Below the pieces are notes generated by a model, which had not been told where the DNA came from, searched no databases, and saw nothing but the letters and a program-made list of their open reading frames with translations. Shown in pieces: positions 49,700-63,717 of a stretch of DNA of 64,000 nucleotides. This DNA is from Antedon mediterranea (Eukaryota > Animalia > Echinodermata): the NCBI RefSeq assembly GCF_964355755.1, contig NC_092678.1, positions 13,824,352-13,888,351 of the forward strand, given 5' to 3'. The first letter of the stretch is position 1. Every line of letters begins with the position of its first letter. A program made the position numbers and the translations under genes.

Positions 49700-51082
49700 G
49701 TATTGTTGTTAATAGTAGGCAATTTATTGAGACTGCAATGTGTTAACAATTTACCTAATGGCACGAGATTTGATTCTGATTCAATTATATAATTGCTGTA
49801 TTACAATTTCCTGTAATATTGATAATAGTATGCAATTTATTGAGACTGCAATGTGGTAACAATTTGCCTAATGGCACAAGATTTGATTCTGATTAAATTA
49901 TATAACTGCTGTAAAACAATTTCCTGTAATATTGATAATAGTATGCAATTTATTGAGACTGCAATGTGTTAACAATTTGCCTAATGGCACAAAATTTGAT
50001 TCTGATAAAATTATATAATTGCGGTATTACAATTTCCTGTAATATTGATAATAGTGTGCAATTTATTGAGACTGCAATGTGTTAACAATTTGCCTAATGG
50101 CACAAGATTTGATTCTGATTAAATTATATAATTGCTGTATTACAATTTCCTGTAATATTGATAATAGTATGCAATTTATTGAGACTGCAATGTGTTAACA
50201 ATTTACCTAATGGCACAAGATTTGATTCTGATTAAATTATATAATTGCTGTATTACAATTTCCTGTAATATTGATAATAGTATGCAATTTATTGAGACTG
50301 CAATGTGTTAAAAATTTGCCTAATGGCACAAAATTTGATTCTGATTAAATTATATAATTGCTGTATTACAATTTCCTGTAATATTGATAATAGTATGCAA
50401 TTTATTGAGACTGCAATGTGTTAACAATTTACCTAATGGCACAAAATTTGATTCTGATTAAATTATATAATTGCTGTATTACAATTTCCTGTAATATTGA
50501 TAATAGTATGCAATTTATTGAGACTGCAATGTGTTAACAATTTGCCTAATGGCACAAGATTTGATTCTGATTAAATTATATAACTGCTGTAATACAATTT
50601 CCTGTAATATTGATAATAGTATGCAATTTATTGAGACTGCAATGTGTTAAAAATTTGCCTAATGGCACAAGATTTGATTCTGATTCAATTATATAATTGC
50701 GGTATTACAATTTCCTGTAATATTGATAATAGTATGCAATTTATTGAGACTGCAATGTGTTAAAAATTTGCCTAATGGCACAAGATTTGATTCTGATTCA
50801 ATTATATAATTGCGGTATTACAATTTCCTGTAATATTGATAATAGTATGCAATTTATTGAGACTGCAATGTGTTAACAATTTGCCTAATCGCACAAGATT
50901 TGATTCTGATTAAATTATATAACTGCTGTATTACAATTTCCTGTAATATTGATAATAGTATGCAATTTATTGAGACTGCAATGTGGTAACAATTTGCCTA
51001 ATGGCACAAGATTTGATTCTGATTAAATTATATATTTGCTGTATTACAATTTCCTGTAATATTGATAATAATATGCAATTTA
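49700..51082. repeat. 113-bp tandem satellite, ~12 copies
   Basis: GAGACTGCAATGTG recurs at 49729, 49842, 49955 ... 50972. Confidence 0.95.
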
Positions 51083-51107
51083 TTTTTATCTGTACATAAT
51101 TGTATAT

Positions 51108-54100
51108 GGGTGTTTCCATAAATAAAGGGGCCAAGGTGTGACATTAGGGTCAGAATTTCAAAGTGTGACATTCTAAGTCTAATAATCAATTCTAAATAGT
51201 ATATCATGTACTTGAACTAAAAAAAAAAGCAAAATACACATTAAATCTGTTGTCTCTATGTAACAGCATTTATATAGTATCAACATGCATAGCAAATTTC
51301 ACGTGTAACGGAGACACCAAAATCACATTATCTATCCCTCTTATAAGTTATTATTAATAACTTAAAACTGTTTAAATTGGATTTTTAAATAGCTTTTGGG
51401 AACATCTTCAATGCAGAAAAATATCATTTAAATCACACCTTTTCAAATTTAAAAAATAGCTTATGAAATAATTATGCAAAGCCGTTAAAGTTGACTTAAT
51501 TTCTATATAAAAGATTTGTAAAGTCACTGCTGTTTAAAAATTACATGTAAACAATACAGAAATGAACAGAATATACCTCAAGTATATACATTTACTAGCA
51601 ACAAGTCAAATCAGGATCATACCTCTATGTGGAAATAAAACAATATGGTTCATGAAATATAAATGGAAGATTTCACGTGTAACGGAGACACCAAATGTTC
51701 ACTTTAACTTGTCACAATGTTTTATGAAATGGTTTGATATGCAGCCATTTTTAAAGTGTAACAAATGTGGTTACTACTGCATACAATTGATAAACTGGTA
51801 AAAATAGTATATCAAATACTATCTTTTAATCAATAAAACAATATAATTCATGCAATAAAAAATTGAAGTTTTCACGTGTAACAGAGACACCAAAAAGTTC
51901 ACTTAAATAAGTCAACAAGAACTACTACATTATTTTTAAAGTGTGACAACTGTAATTACTACTGCACACAACAAACTGCTAATAAAATATACTATTAATA
52001 GTCATTTACAGTAAAATCATTGAGAATACATTTGGATATACTTCGCATTAACACTCTTGTTCAATCATTAAAACGTATAATCTATATAAATTTACGTAAG
52101 GGAAAAATTTGGTAAATCGCGCATTACTTCTAAAATGTTTACTCAATGGTATATAAAGTTGGTTCGTACTTTCAGTGCTGATTTTAACCACCTGATGTAA
52201 CCCTGTTTAATAATTTAATTTCAGTTATGTAATTTTTTTTTACGCTGAAATTACTGTATATTCGAAAACCGTCTGTGGGCTGATATTTCTTTGGTTGGTC
52301 TTTTTGTTGATGCGGCATCTCTATTTTTGGGGTTAAATGCAGTTCTCAATTGGAACGGTAACATTGTTGATAAACTGCTGATCTGTATAGATGAAAAAAA
52401 CGACAATGAAACATTAGATTTGCCCATCTGGGTTAAATTTGATTCATCATCATATAGAAATATAAAGTATGTAATTAAGTATTTTTAATATAAATTATAC
52501 CAATTTAAATAAAAATAAATATATCTATTATTATTATAAAATATGTTAGGCCTACTAGCTACTATACTAAAGAAAGTGTTTTCTTATCTTATGTTGATGG
52601 ATTATAATATTTATTATTATTAATATAATTATAAAACAATAAATGAACACTTGTCTTTCTTGAGTTATGCTCATAAATTGATTTGACTAAAACTATTGCT
52701 TTCTTTTCAGATTATTAGTTTAAAATATTAATTTTATTCATCAAATATTTATTATTATCATTTTATTATTATAATAAAATTAATATGTTACTGATAATTT
52801 TGTCTTAGTTATACTGGGTATAAATGTTTTTTACGTATTATTTTTAAATGTTGTAAAATGTCTGTTGACTTTATTTCTCATTCTTTTATAATTGTTTTCA
52901 AAACCACATCGGGAAAACAGTAGACTAGTTATAATGTTGAAGTCTATGGAATATATTTAAAACGAAGAGTAAATAAAGGTTCCCCATTAAACTAAGCGCG
53001 ATCTCTTTGTAGGGAGCCAACGAAGGAAGCGTGTGGGTTTTGGCCAACAAAATAAAGGTTCACCGAACCATGACCGAAATGATACCAGTCACCCCATTTG
53101 AGCACCGGGAGTCGCCGAGCCAGCAATCACGTTGATTTTCAACAAAAACTAAAAAATAAAGGTTCATCAAACTGAACAGCTAAAAATAAACGCGATCTCA
53201 ATTTGGAGGAGAATTTTATTAGCCAAGCACGTGGTGTTTCGGAAAACCCTATTAATAATTATCGTACATGGAGTATACACTGTCGCTGTAGAAATACCGC
53301 CGGAGTCGCCGATCTCAATGTGGAGGAGAGTTCATTAGCCAAGCACGTGATATTTTGGAAAACCCTTAATAATTATCGTACAGACCTGTAGAAATACCAG
53401 TCACCCCTTTCAGCTTCGGAGTCGCCAAGCCAGCTAAAAATAAACTTATCGCAATGTGGAGCAGAGTTCATTGCCCAAGCACTTGGTAATACTATCCTAT
53501 TACTATTAGGAGAACCTATTGTTCTTTGTTGTTTTGATTTGATTTCGTTCATAATAAATTGTTATCCACAGCCTTGCGTTTATATTATATGTAATTGTTT
53601 TTATCAATTTAAATAAAGTTATTAATTATTATTAAATTTATAAAACCTTAGTATATCTTCCGTAGATTGAAACAAGTTAAATATTCCCTACACATCAAGT
53701 GAAATCGCCCAAATATGATGGGCGCGCATACGCGACAACCAAGTTGCTTGGACTCGCTCAATATAGTGGAGGGTATTTTAAATGTATATTATAGTAAACA
53801 TTTAATTCATATTTATCTTGTCGAATAGCAATGTTAAATAAATAACAAAATTATGTACTAATATTACACATTATTTTGTGTAATATGTTTTTTATTATAA
53901 CTGAAATGAACCAAATACAATTCTTTTTTTTCCCACAGTAACAAATAGAATAGTCAAAAACGACGAATTTGTTTTTATTCTGAAAGTGGTTGTAAACTAT
54001 GGACTTTTATCCCTATTTCTTGTGACAATAATTAAATAACTTTTTATTTTTCTGTGTCATATAGAAGCAATAACCAAATAGCAAACACATAATGTAAAAT

Positions 54101-55382
54101 TTAAAGATTTTATGGTAACTAATTGCTAATTATTTGCAAAATACTACACCAGTATAAGGTCTAGTACACTACTACGTAACAAGACACGGCGTATCTTCTA
54201 CGATGTTACGCTGTAACCTGCCTAGTGGAAAATGTTTTGCAATTTTGCTCATTAATTTGTTAAATATTAATCAATTATAGACATATCTGTTCATTGGGTA
54301 TACATTATGAAGCTGCTATGAGATAAACAACATTCCTACCACATTAAAACAAATATCAACTATATAGTATCAACAAACTACCAACGTAACCGTGTCTCAT
54401 TGTGTATACGACACCCAGTTTTTGACTATGATGTTGACGTTAGAGTACGAAGATAGTTTTGGCGTTTAATTTTCTTGTATTTTTCATTATAACCCACTAT
54501 TTTCTAAATTCTAAAAACTAACAAAATAAAAATACACAAAACTTACATGCAATGAAGCGCGTAGAAGTTATTTACAACGTAACAGTTGAAACAACGTAAC
54601 AGAGGGACACGAAAAGTCTCTACCGCTGTAACTCGAAATTAGCGCGGATCCTAGCGATGATTTTTTCGCCGAGACTTTAGTTCGCCTGCTTCTTGAATCA
54701 CGTGACCTTCAACTTCAGAAATAGCTCTCGCGGCGTTCACCACCGATGGTCTATGAATAACTACGTAACGAATATACGAGACACGAAATGTTCTAAAAAA
54801 ATAGTTTTTCGTCTGTAACTGACTAAATAAAATCGCCATTTTGTAGAACATTGTGTAAGGTAAATTTCAGTGATCTGTTGTAGTGAATGTAATTCGATTT
54901 TCGTCATTATAGTGGTACTTCTTGTGTCTGTTCACTAATAAAGATCGTACTAACAACGTAACAAAGTGAGACACGAAATGTTACGTTGTGATGCTGGACG
55001 TCGCGGACCGTTGTGTGGAAAACAAAAAATCGTGGGAAATTGTAATTAGTATATATTTAACGTTGCTTTGTACTCTATTGTGATGATAAATAAATACAAA
55101 ATAACTATTGCTGTAGTATATTTTTTAAACTCTGATATGTCAGTGTATTTAAATGTCACACATATTTTAATAAAATGAGCTAGACACCACGATATATTTT
55201 TTTTTTAAATCGTTTTTTTTGCAATTTTTTTTTTCCAACATGTAATAGTATTAACCCATATTATTGTTCTATCATATGATAAAATTATTTTTTAAATAAC
55301 TATTACCAATTTAGAGTAAACAGCAAACTAACTATCATCAATACTAAAATACCCACTGGCCCCTTAATTTATGGAAACACCC
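51108..55382. mobile_element. ~4.3-kb non-autonomous DNA transposon (Sola2-like ends)
   Basis: GGGTGTTTCCATAAAT.AAGGGG.CCA TIRs; flanks ATAT / AAAT; subterminal repeats TTCACGTGTAAC.GAGACACCAAA x3 (51298, 51672, 51871) and related GTAAC..GACACG motifs near the right end; no ORF. Confidence 0.7.
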
Positions 55383-56451
55383 AAATGTAATGCTTGCATA
55401 AATGATTTTTATTTATTTTTTTTGACGCAGCTTTTATGAAATTGATTGCCGCCAATGTACATCGTATATGTCAATAAAATATTATTATTATAGCATGCAA
55501 TTTATTGAGACTTGCTACACTATAATTACTGTGTACTCTATGTATACATTATTTATTTAATGTGAAAACAGTATCAATTACTTTGTTTGTACAATCTTCA
55601 CCTTACAAGCTAAAATTGTTTCAAAGTTTAGATATTCTGTTAAATTGAATAGGTTTGGCATGTGGACTCTTAATAAATCTATCTTAAAGAAATTGCAAAT
55701 TTGTTGAACTTCTTTATTTTGAGTAAGTTTGTTGCTTGATCTAATTCATTCGGGCTGGTTTAACTTTCAGCTAGGTTACAAAGCGAAATAAAATGTTCCT
55801 TTTATTCAAAAAAATAGAATTTTTATTTTGAATACTGTATTATAACACATTTATATTTTTAGTAGAATTGTTGTCTGAAGATGATCTTTACAAAGCATTT
55901 TTAACAATTTGTACCATATTTTAACACCTTGATATTAATCGTGTTGTAGATTTTCATTTCGAGGGTTAATTATTGTTAGCATTTCATGCCCCCACCCTCT
56001 TAAAAACCCTTCTGAACAATTAACAAAAAACAATTTTTTTTTCATCAATTTAACATTGGTATGTTTTTTTCTATCAATAGTAATAATTGGAATGGTTTTA
56101 ATGAGCTTTGTACTGGTATTGTTGACTTTGCACTATTTTTGCACTGTTTAATCTGTAAATAAGACATTTTTATACTGTAATATGTTATGTACACTGTCAA
56201 GTCTCCCAAATGTACATTTTAGAGTTTGAAAAACAGTTGGGAGACAAAAATAACAACTTAAAACATATATATCTTACAGTTTAATTGTTATCATAATTTT
56301 TTTTGTTTTTAAATATGTAGTAACATGCCTTTAATGAAATAAAATGAAAGGGTGTATGTAAAATATATGTCAAAGTATAATAATCAGCCATTTTGTCATT
56401 GTCTCCCAAATATACAAAAAAATAGCATGTCTCCCAAAGTGTTAATTTAGT

Positions 56452-56730
<279 letters not shown>

Positions 56731-56966
56731 TATCTCTTCGGAGATCCCGCCTCGTGAATAAATATACTGAATAGATGAGGGCGTATCAGTTTGATCTCTG
56801 GTTCGTTCGCGTGCGTACAACTGAGGACTATTTGTTTTCCAACCGTACCACGTCGAGAATGTTAAAGGGTCGTTATCCAGTCGAGTTAAAGAGGAAACTA
56901 ATAACATTTTATGTGACGTAAATATGTTACGTGATGTGCCACTTAGCTCACTAATAAAGTTTATAT

Positions 56967-58644
56967 CGTATCCGGATATTCACCCCCTGGACATTTACCC
57001 CCCGGACAACTACCCCCCGGACAACCACCACCTGGACCACTACCCCCTTAGGACAACTACCCCTTTAGGACAACTACCCCCCGGACAAATACCCCCCGGA
57101 CAACTACCCCCTTAGGACAACAACCCCCTTAGGACAACTACCCCCTGGACAACTACCCCCCGGACAATTACCCCCTAGGAACAATTACCCCCCGGACAAT
57201 TACCCCCCGGACAATTACCACCCAGAAAACTATCCCTTTAGAACACCCTAACCACCCAGACCATTCAACAACCTGACTCTGCAACTATTAATTAATAACT
57301 ATATTTTAATTCGTTACTTTGACGAATTACTATTCATTATTGTAAACAAAAGTAAAAGATTGAACATAAATATAGCCTGGTGGTATAAACTGAAGATTGT
57401 CACACATGATCATAGGATAGTCGAACGTATTATATAGTACTCCATGTATTTACTGTAAAGACTGGGTTCGCTAATAATAATAATAATTTTTGCGTCAGGA
57501 CAATGCTTCGATAACCACTGGTCTTAAAAGAATTAATTTTTGTCTCAAATTTGTCATATATGTATTTTTGTACACTTGAAGAATAATATCACTTTTGATA
57601 TTTGACCTCAATGTTCACTCACCGAATAAACGTCGATCTTTAAATAAATTCCCCTCAAATAAACGGTGACCATGTCACTCCCATGAAACATCATATGGAA
57701 TAATCGGCGTCTATTTCCATTAGATTATACCCCCTCCCATTGAATAAACAACTTTCTTCCAATAAATGTCCACCTAAAACCACCTAAACAATAAACAGCC
57801 CAGGCCGTTTTTTCAATAAATACGGTACTTTAAATCTAGCACATCTAGGGTCTAGCGTGCTGTTAAACAGAATAATCGGTTAAAAACGGGTGTTTCGAAA
57901 CTAGAGACCCGAGACCAGAGACCAGAGACCCGAGACCCAATACGAAAAGGGAGACCTAAATATACGAAAAGGGAGACCCACGTACGAAAAGGGAGACCCC
58001 ACTATACGAAAAGGGAGACCCTAATATACGAAAATGGAGACCTAAATATATGAAAAGGGAGACCAAATATACGAAAAGGGAGACCCAAATATACGAAATG
58101 GGAGACCTAAATATACGAAAAGGGAGACCCACTATAAGAAAAGGGAGACCCCACTATACGAAAAGAGAGACCACACTATACGAAAAGGGAGACCCTAATA
58201 TACGAAAAGGGAGACCCAAATATAGGTCTCCCTTTTCGTATTGGGTCTCGTGTCAGGTCTCTGGTCTCGGGTCTCTAGTTTCGAAACACCCGTTAAAAAC
58301 AGATGATTTCATTTTTACAGAAACCGGTCCCATATATTTGTCTACTTTTGGATTGGAGGGGGGGTAGTTGACCGGGGGGTAGTTTACCGGGGGTAGTTGA
58401 CCGGGGGGTAGTTGACCGGGGGGTAGTTGACCGGGGGGTAGTTATCCTAAGGGGGTAGTTGTCCTAAGGGGGTGGTTGTCCGGGGGGTAGTTGTCCGGGG
58501 GGTTGTTATCCTAAGGGGGTAGTTGTCCTAAGGGGGTAGTTGTCCGGGGGGTAGTTGTCCGGGGGGTAGTTGTCCTAAGGGGGTAGTTGTCCGGGTGGTA
58601 AACATCCGGTGGGTAACTGTCTAGGGGGTAGGTGTCCTAGAACC
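56967..58644. mobile_element. Fold-back element (Mutator-like) with G-rich tandem subterminal repeats
   Basis: (GGACAACTACCCCCC)n on the left, (GGGGGTAGTTGTCC)n on the right; 9-bp TSD AGTTTATAT; the empty site is visible in the paralogous repeat at ~22270. Confidence 0.85.
57888..58291. mobile_element. Nested MITE (Mutator-like) with an internal ~20-bp tandem repeat
   Basis: TIR GGGTGTTTCGAAACTAGAGACCCGAGACCAGAGACC; 9-bp TSD GTTAAAAAC; (TATACGAAAAGGGAGACCC..)n. Confidence 0.9.
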
Positions 58645-58705
58645 AGTTTATATATCGGATGTATTCGACATGTACTGGTACCGGAGTTGCCAGATGACAT
58701 TATGA

Positions 58706-59033
58706 GTGAGTGAGTGGCCGAGCGGTTAAGACAGTGGAACCGTAATCACGTAGCCATAACATCGGCAGGGGTTCGAGGCTCACTCAGTCCATGGTTCTGG
58801 TGGTAGAACGAGTCTTCTCGGATAAGGACTATAAACCGTAGGTCCAGTGTACACAACTTGCTCGTTTGCACTTTAAAGAACCTAGTACATCTTTCGAGAC
58901 GAGTAGGGGGTTACCCCGGTGTATTAGTACATCACAGCCACTGATCACCAACTGGGCACTCTTGGAGATCAGTCTTTGACTGAAGAGTTCACCCAGTATA
59001 AAGATAAAACAAACAAACAATGAGAATATATTT
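58706..59033 (+). mobile_element. tRNA-derived SINE (central region resembles the Meta-type SINE domain)
   Basis: A box TGGCCGAGCGG, B box GGTTCGAGGC, body GGATAAGGACTATAAACCGTAGG..GCACTTTAAAGAACC..GAGTAGGGG, (AAAC)n tail, ATTATGA repeated on both sides; minus-strand fragment at 49200-49290. Confidence 0.75.
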
Positions 59034-60011
59034 ATTATGACGGATGATAGGCATTCAGAACTACACAACGATACCAAGAACATGTTGTTTGATTCTTGGG
59101 TTAAATGTTAACCGCTATACCCCAAAAATATAGAAAATTGGAGATCTGATTTTGAAATAATAATATCTCATTTTGCCAAGAAATTTCATTTTTGCACTAT
59201 TAATGTTACCCCCTACCCCAAAAAAATGTATTTCTTTTATTGCAATTTTTTTAAGAATAAAAAATGACAATTTGTATATAATGAGCTGCAATTTTAATCT
59301 TGTTAACATATATTTTCTTATTCAATATGTCAGTAAGCACAAGTAAAACACAATTAAGATAAAAAAATTTAAAAAATTGTAGATACTATTGCTGTATTAC
59401 TATTACTATATATGTTGAAATTTATCTATATTTTGGCAATGACCCTTTGACCTCTACTGACCTTAATAATCGTCCGATTATTGTATAAGATTTTAAATGA
59501 TGTATGCTACACAATTGTACCAAGATAATACTAATTAGATGTTTGATTCTTGTGTTAGGATAAATGTTACCCCCTACCTCCCAAAAACATTTGAAGATAA
59601 AACGCTGATGATCATTACAAATGACGCAAGTACACACAATGCATCCCTATATTTTTCTTGTTAACATCGATTTTTTCGCTATATATACCCGTGGGAAGAA
59701 AATGATAGCAAAAAAGTTTAACTGTGTGGGGAGGGTGCATGGTAACCCCTTGCAGCCTATGGACTATAAATGAAAATACATGTACCATGATGTACATGTA
59801 CACAAGGTATTTGTTGTATATTGTGTGTATATAGGTTCAGTTCATATCAGAATCAACAATAATAATCCTCTCCACAGTTACATTCATGTTATCAATATAA
59901 CAACAGGGCTGGTAGGCCAACTTATCTGATGTTTCACAGAAAAAATGGGTTGTTTTTAAAGAAGCTCTTGGCCTAATTGGCACTAACCATCTCCCAAAAT
60001 GCAATCTTTAA

Positions 60012-60618
60012 AGCCCACTTCCCTACGTTTTTTAGATCTAATTTAAGATCACAAACTATGTTTAATGTAAAAATAATACTATATGGTCCTATTGCGATAA
60101 CTTTTTTCGTCTTTAAACGGTTAAAAATGTGAAAAATAAGTCGATTCTAATAATTATAGCGGCCCACTATAAATCCCAAAATGCATTGCGCGCGGATTGA
60201 TATTTTTGTTTTTCACCTGTAATTCGCCCACTTTTCGATCGATCGTGAGGCCAAAACAAATGGAAGACTCCTAACTTTTCAGCGAAAATACCGGGTTTTC
60301 CCCAATTTGTATCAACGGAGTCTGGCAAAAATAGAAAGACAATTAATGCAGCAACTATACAACGTCAGGCAGGTATATAGTTAGCGTATGATGTTCGTAC
60401 GTTACCGATGTTTACCAGCTAGGCCTACAAAACTGACCGTCCACGAGAGGTCGATCGCCGCGAGCAACTTAGGTAGTGCATTGTTTCGCACTTTTTATCA
60501 TAATTTACCATAAAACGTACATTTAAGACAAGGAACGACATGGTTTAATGTTTTTAAAGTGATATATATATGTATTATTTAAAAAAAAAAAACGTCCAAA
60601 ATTGCAGGGAAGGGGTCT
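60012..60618. mobile_element. Kolobok-like MITE
   Basis: TTAA|AGCCCACTTCCCT ... AGGGAAGGGGTCT|TTAA; empty TTAA site in the paralogous repeat at ~15105. Confidence 0.8.
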
Positions 60619-63600
60619 TTAAGTTACAATAAATAAGTTATCGGATAATCGTTTACTTTTTGTGTTGAAAATTAACTCGGGACGTGTCACTAACCTACTA
60701 GCATACCCATTATTTCATGAATATAAATATTATTATGGCAAGTCACTTTCTAAGAAATCATGTAGACCTATGTACTCATCAAAGTCAAATAAAACATCAA
60801 AATTATCTATCAAATTAGCAAAATCTCAACTGGTCCAGCACATCGTTTATATTAAAAAAAGTCATCAAGCTGGTTTAAAAATGTTGTTTACCAACTCTCT
60901 CGGATAGTTGAACATAAAAGGAATAGTATTTATGCATGTAGGACCCTTTTATGTGTTTTGAGTCGAGTTCACACAACATTGGCACTAAAAACAAACAAAA
61001 ATGCAGTTGCAATCATACTATTGCATAATAATTTCAGTTGCGTTGAAACTTCACTAGGATACCCATTTACTTTTTGCATTTATAAATCGTGTTTAGTACT
61101 AAGAAAAGAAAAAAAAACAAAATCAGGAATCAAAAAAATTTGGAGATTATTTTACTATGAAATAAAGCATTTATTAACAAATGAATTTATGCATAATTTA
61201 CATAAGGCTCAGAAGAAAAGGACGAATAACTTAAAAGATAAACTATCAAAAGACTTGATGTTAATAATTTAATTATTTTATTGATTCCTTTTTCTTTCTT
61301 ACCTTATCATAATGGACAAAAATCCTGTATATTAACGTAAAATCTGTTTATAGGCATCATATATACATTTTTAAGATGACAATAGTTCAAATACATGTAG
61401 CATGTCAATATAATCTGTATGTATTGGTATTTGTTTAACATATATATTTTTCTATATTTGCAATATTTTATATCGTATACATGTCAATTTAATCTATACG
61501 GTAGGTATGTGTATTTTTTCAATATATATACTTCTATATATTTTTATATATTTGCAATATGTTATACCGTAAATACACATTGTAAGTAGTAGTTGTACTA
61601 AGATGACATAGGGTATGAAGCGTGTCACAAACACACATAGCCAAAATTGCATATTGGACTTGCACAGTGTATGGACTCTAACCTTACGGTTTTCATTAAA
61701 TATACCATTTCATGCTATCATTCTAAATAACTAACTTTCAACCTATTGCATTCCTCTTTTTTTTCATTCCATCCATCTTATCTTGTTGAAAAGGGAGGAT
61801 ACTACATTTTTCTCCCCTGAGTTTATAGCCTCTCTACTCGAACACAAATAAGAACACAAATAAGATAGTTTAACAAGAACATTTTAATCATGTATTTTAC
61901 CGCCATTTTTCATTTCTACATTTTAATTAACATCGTACCTAAAATTTTAAATGAGAAAATATATGTTTAATACTGAATTCTGGCATCTTATTATGTAAAT
62001 ATAACGGTATTTTAACTACTCTAAACACTTACTTTTAATGTCACAAATGTACTTATATGTATATAATATATTCATCAATGAGAATTTAAATAAACGTGAG
62101 AAGAACTCACACAAGATAAAAAAAAAAGATACCCATTGCATGAATATATATATATATATATACATAGTAAGAGTTGATTATCAAGATATAACTGCTCAAA
62201 AAACGACTAAAGAATATTAAAATGATCTATAAAATTGGCCAAATCTCAGTTTTTGCACCTTCATAAATAAAAACTTCCTAAAGCTGACAAGTTAAAACTC
62301 TAAATGTTGGTTACCATTCCTCTCGAATAATATATATATGGTATGTCTTAGGTGTACGAAGATATTATGTTTTAAAAATCTTGAAAAGTGCAATTACAAC
62401 TAAATAATTTTAATTTTTCAGTTTTCCTCACATACGAAATACTTATTTTTAAAATTGTTGATAAGTGTACACAATATTATACTAGACTATTCACAGAGAA
62501 AGTATAATAACATTTGAACAAGGACCTTTAAAGATATTGGCCCATAAAAGTAACTCCAGGGCTAAAAAAGTGGCGTTTTTGCAGTAGTGGGGTACGTTTG
62601 AGAGGCCATTGCTCAAAATTGTCCAAATATTTCGAAGAGAACTTTTGATAAATTGTGGGTAACATTATTAATTTCACAATATCAACTTTCAAAATTTAGA
62701 TCCAAGAGTTGGAAAAGACATCCATGTTCTAAGACTCTTTTGAGCTACTGCTTATGGCCTACAGGTCATACATGTAAATGTGAGGGTAAGCAAACATTAA
62801 ACTATAAAAAATAATAGCGCAATAAATCATCTGTTCCATGCAACCTAATCAACGTTGTCACCCGAAATACATGCATGTCGTTATTATTTATTATAGAATA
62901 GAAACACACATTATTACAATTTTATTATGAATTTCTTCATTATTTGTACTATCAATTTATCACAATGTGTTGTCGTTCAAGTCAGATAAGAAATAGCTTA
63001 AATAGAAAATAATTCCAAAGTACTAATATTAATTATACAAATATTTATAATATTAAATACATACCAACATTTTTGTAAGGCTCCAAATGATGATGGCATC
63101 ACATTACTGTACGATCAGGTCCACGAAAAATATATATCTAATACTTTTTAGCTTTTTTTTTTTGCTTTTATAGTTACAGTTTACAGCGTTCAACTAACAT
63201 TTTAATACATCAATGATATTTTATAACAGCCTTTCAAATACAAATTAAATTCACTACACACTATAAACTTAACGTACACGTACGCAAAATTACGTGTCAA
63301 AAGTTAAAATTCGCAAAATAAATTTCTAATAAAATTAGAGCATCGTTCAGTCTTTTGAGCGTTTAACATTTGTCAATTTCAATACTAGATTCTATACGAG
63401 AAACGTACATAATCATTGGTGATGATTTAAAAAAAACAAAGACTCCAATAAAAACAATAGTACCGGTAGTTGCCAGATGACATTATGACGGATGATAGGC
63501 ATTCAGAACTACACAACGATACCAAGAACATAATAATTAGATGTTTGATTTTTGGGTTAAATGTTAACCGCTACCCCAAAAATATAGAAAATAGGAGATC

Positions 63601-63717
63601 TGATTTTGAAATATATCTCATTTTGCCAAGAAATTTCATTTTTGCACTATTAATCTTACCCCCTACCCCAAAAAAATGTATTTCTTTTATTGCAATTTTT
63701 AAGAATAAAAAATGACA

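Larger units (their letters stand above)
43100..56452. mobile_element. Putative ~13.3-kb element inserted in a (TA)n tract (CryptonV-like or other microsatellite-targeting DNA element)
   Basis: Left end ATTAATTATACACTTGGGAGACAT versus right end (rc) ACTAAATTAACACTTTGGGAGACAT; extra TTGGGAGAC motifs near the right end; long (TA)n on both outer sides. No transposase or recombinase ORF seen. Confidence 0.5.

Noticed and set aside
49700-51082. Possible CRISPR-like array
   Set aside because: Whole 113-bp units repeat with no unique spacers; eukaryotic satellite.
56440-56452. CACTA/EnSpm assignment from the right end (rc CACTAAA)
   Set aside because: The left end lacks CACTA and a TSD cannot be read within (TA)n; not excluded, but unsupported.
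56924-58367. Pro/Gly-rich and Arg/Lys-rich ORFs
   Set aside because: Translations of MITE subterminal tandem repeats.
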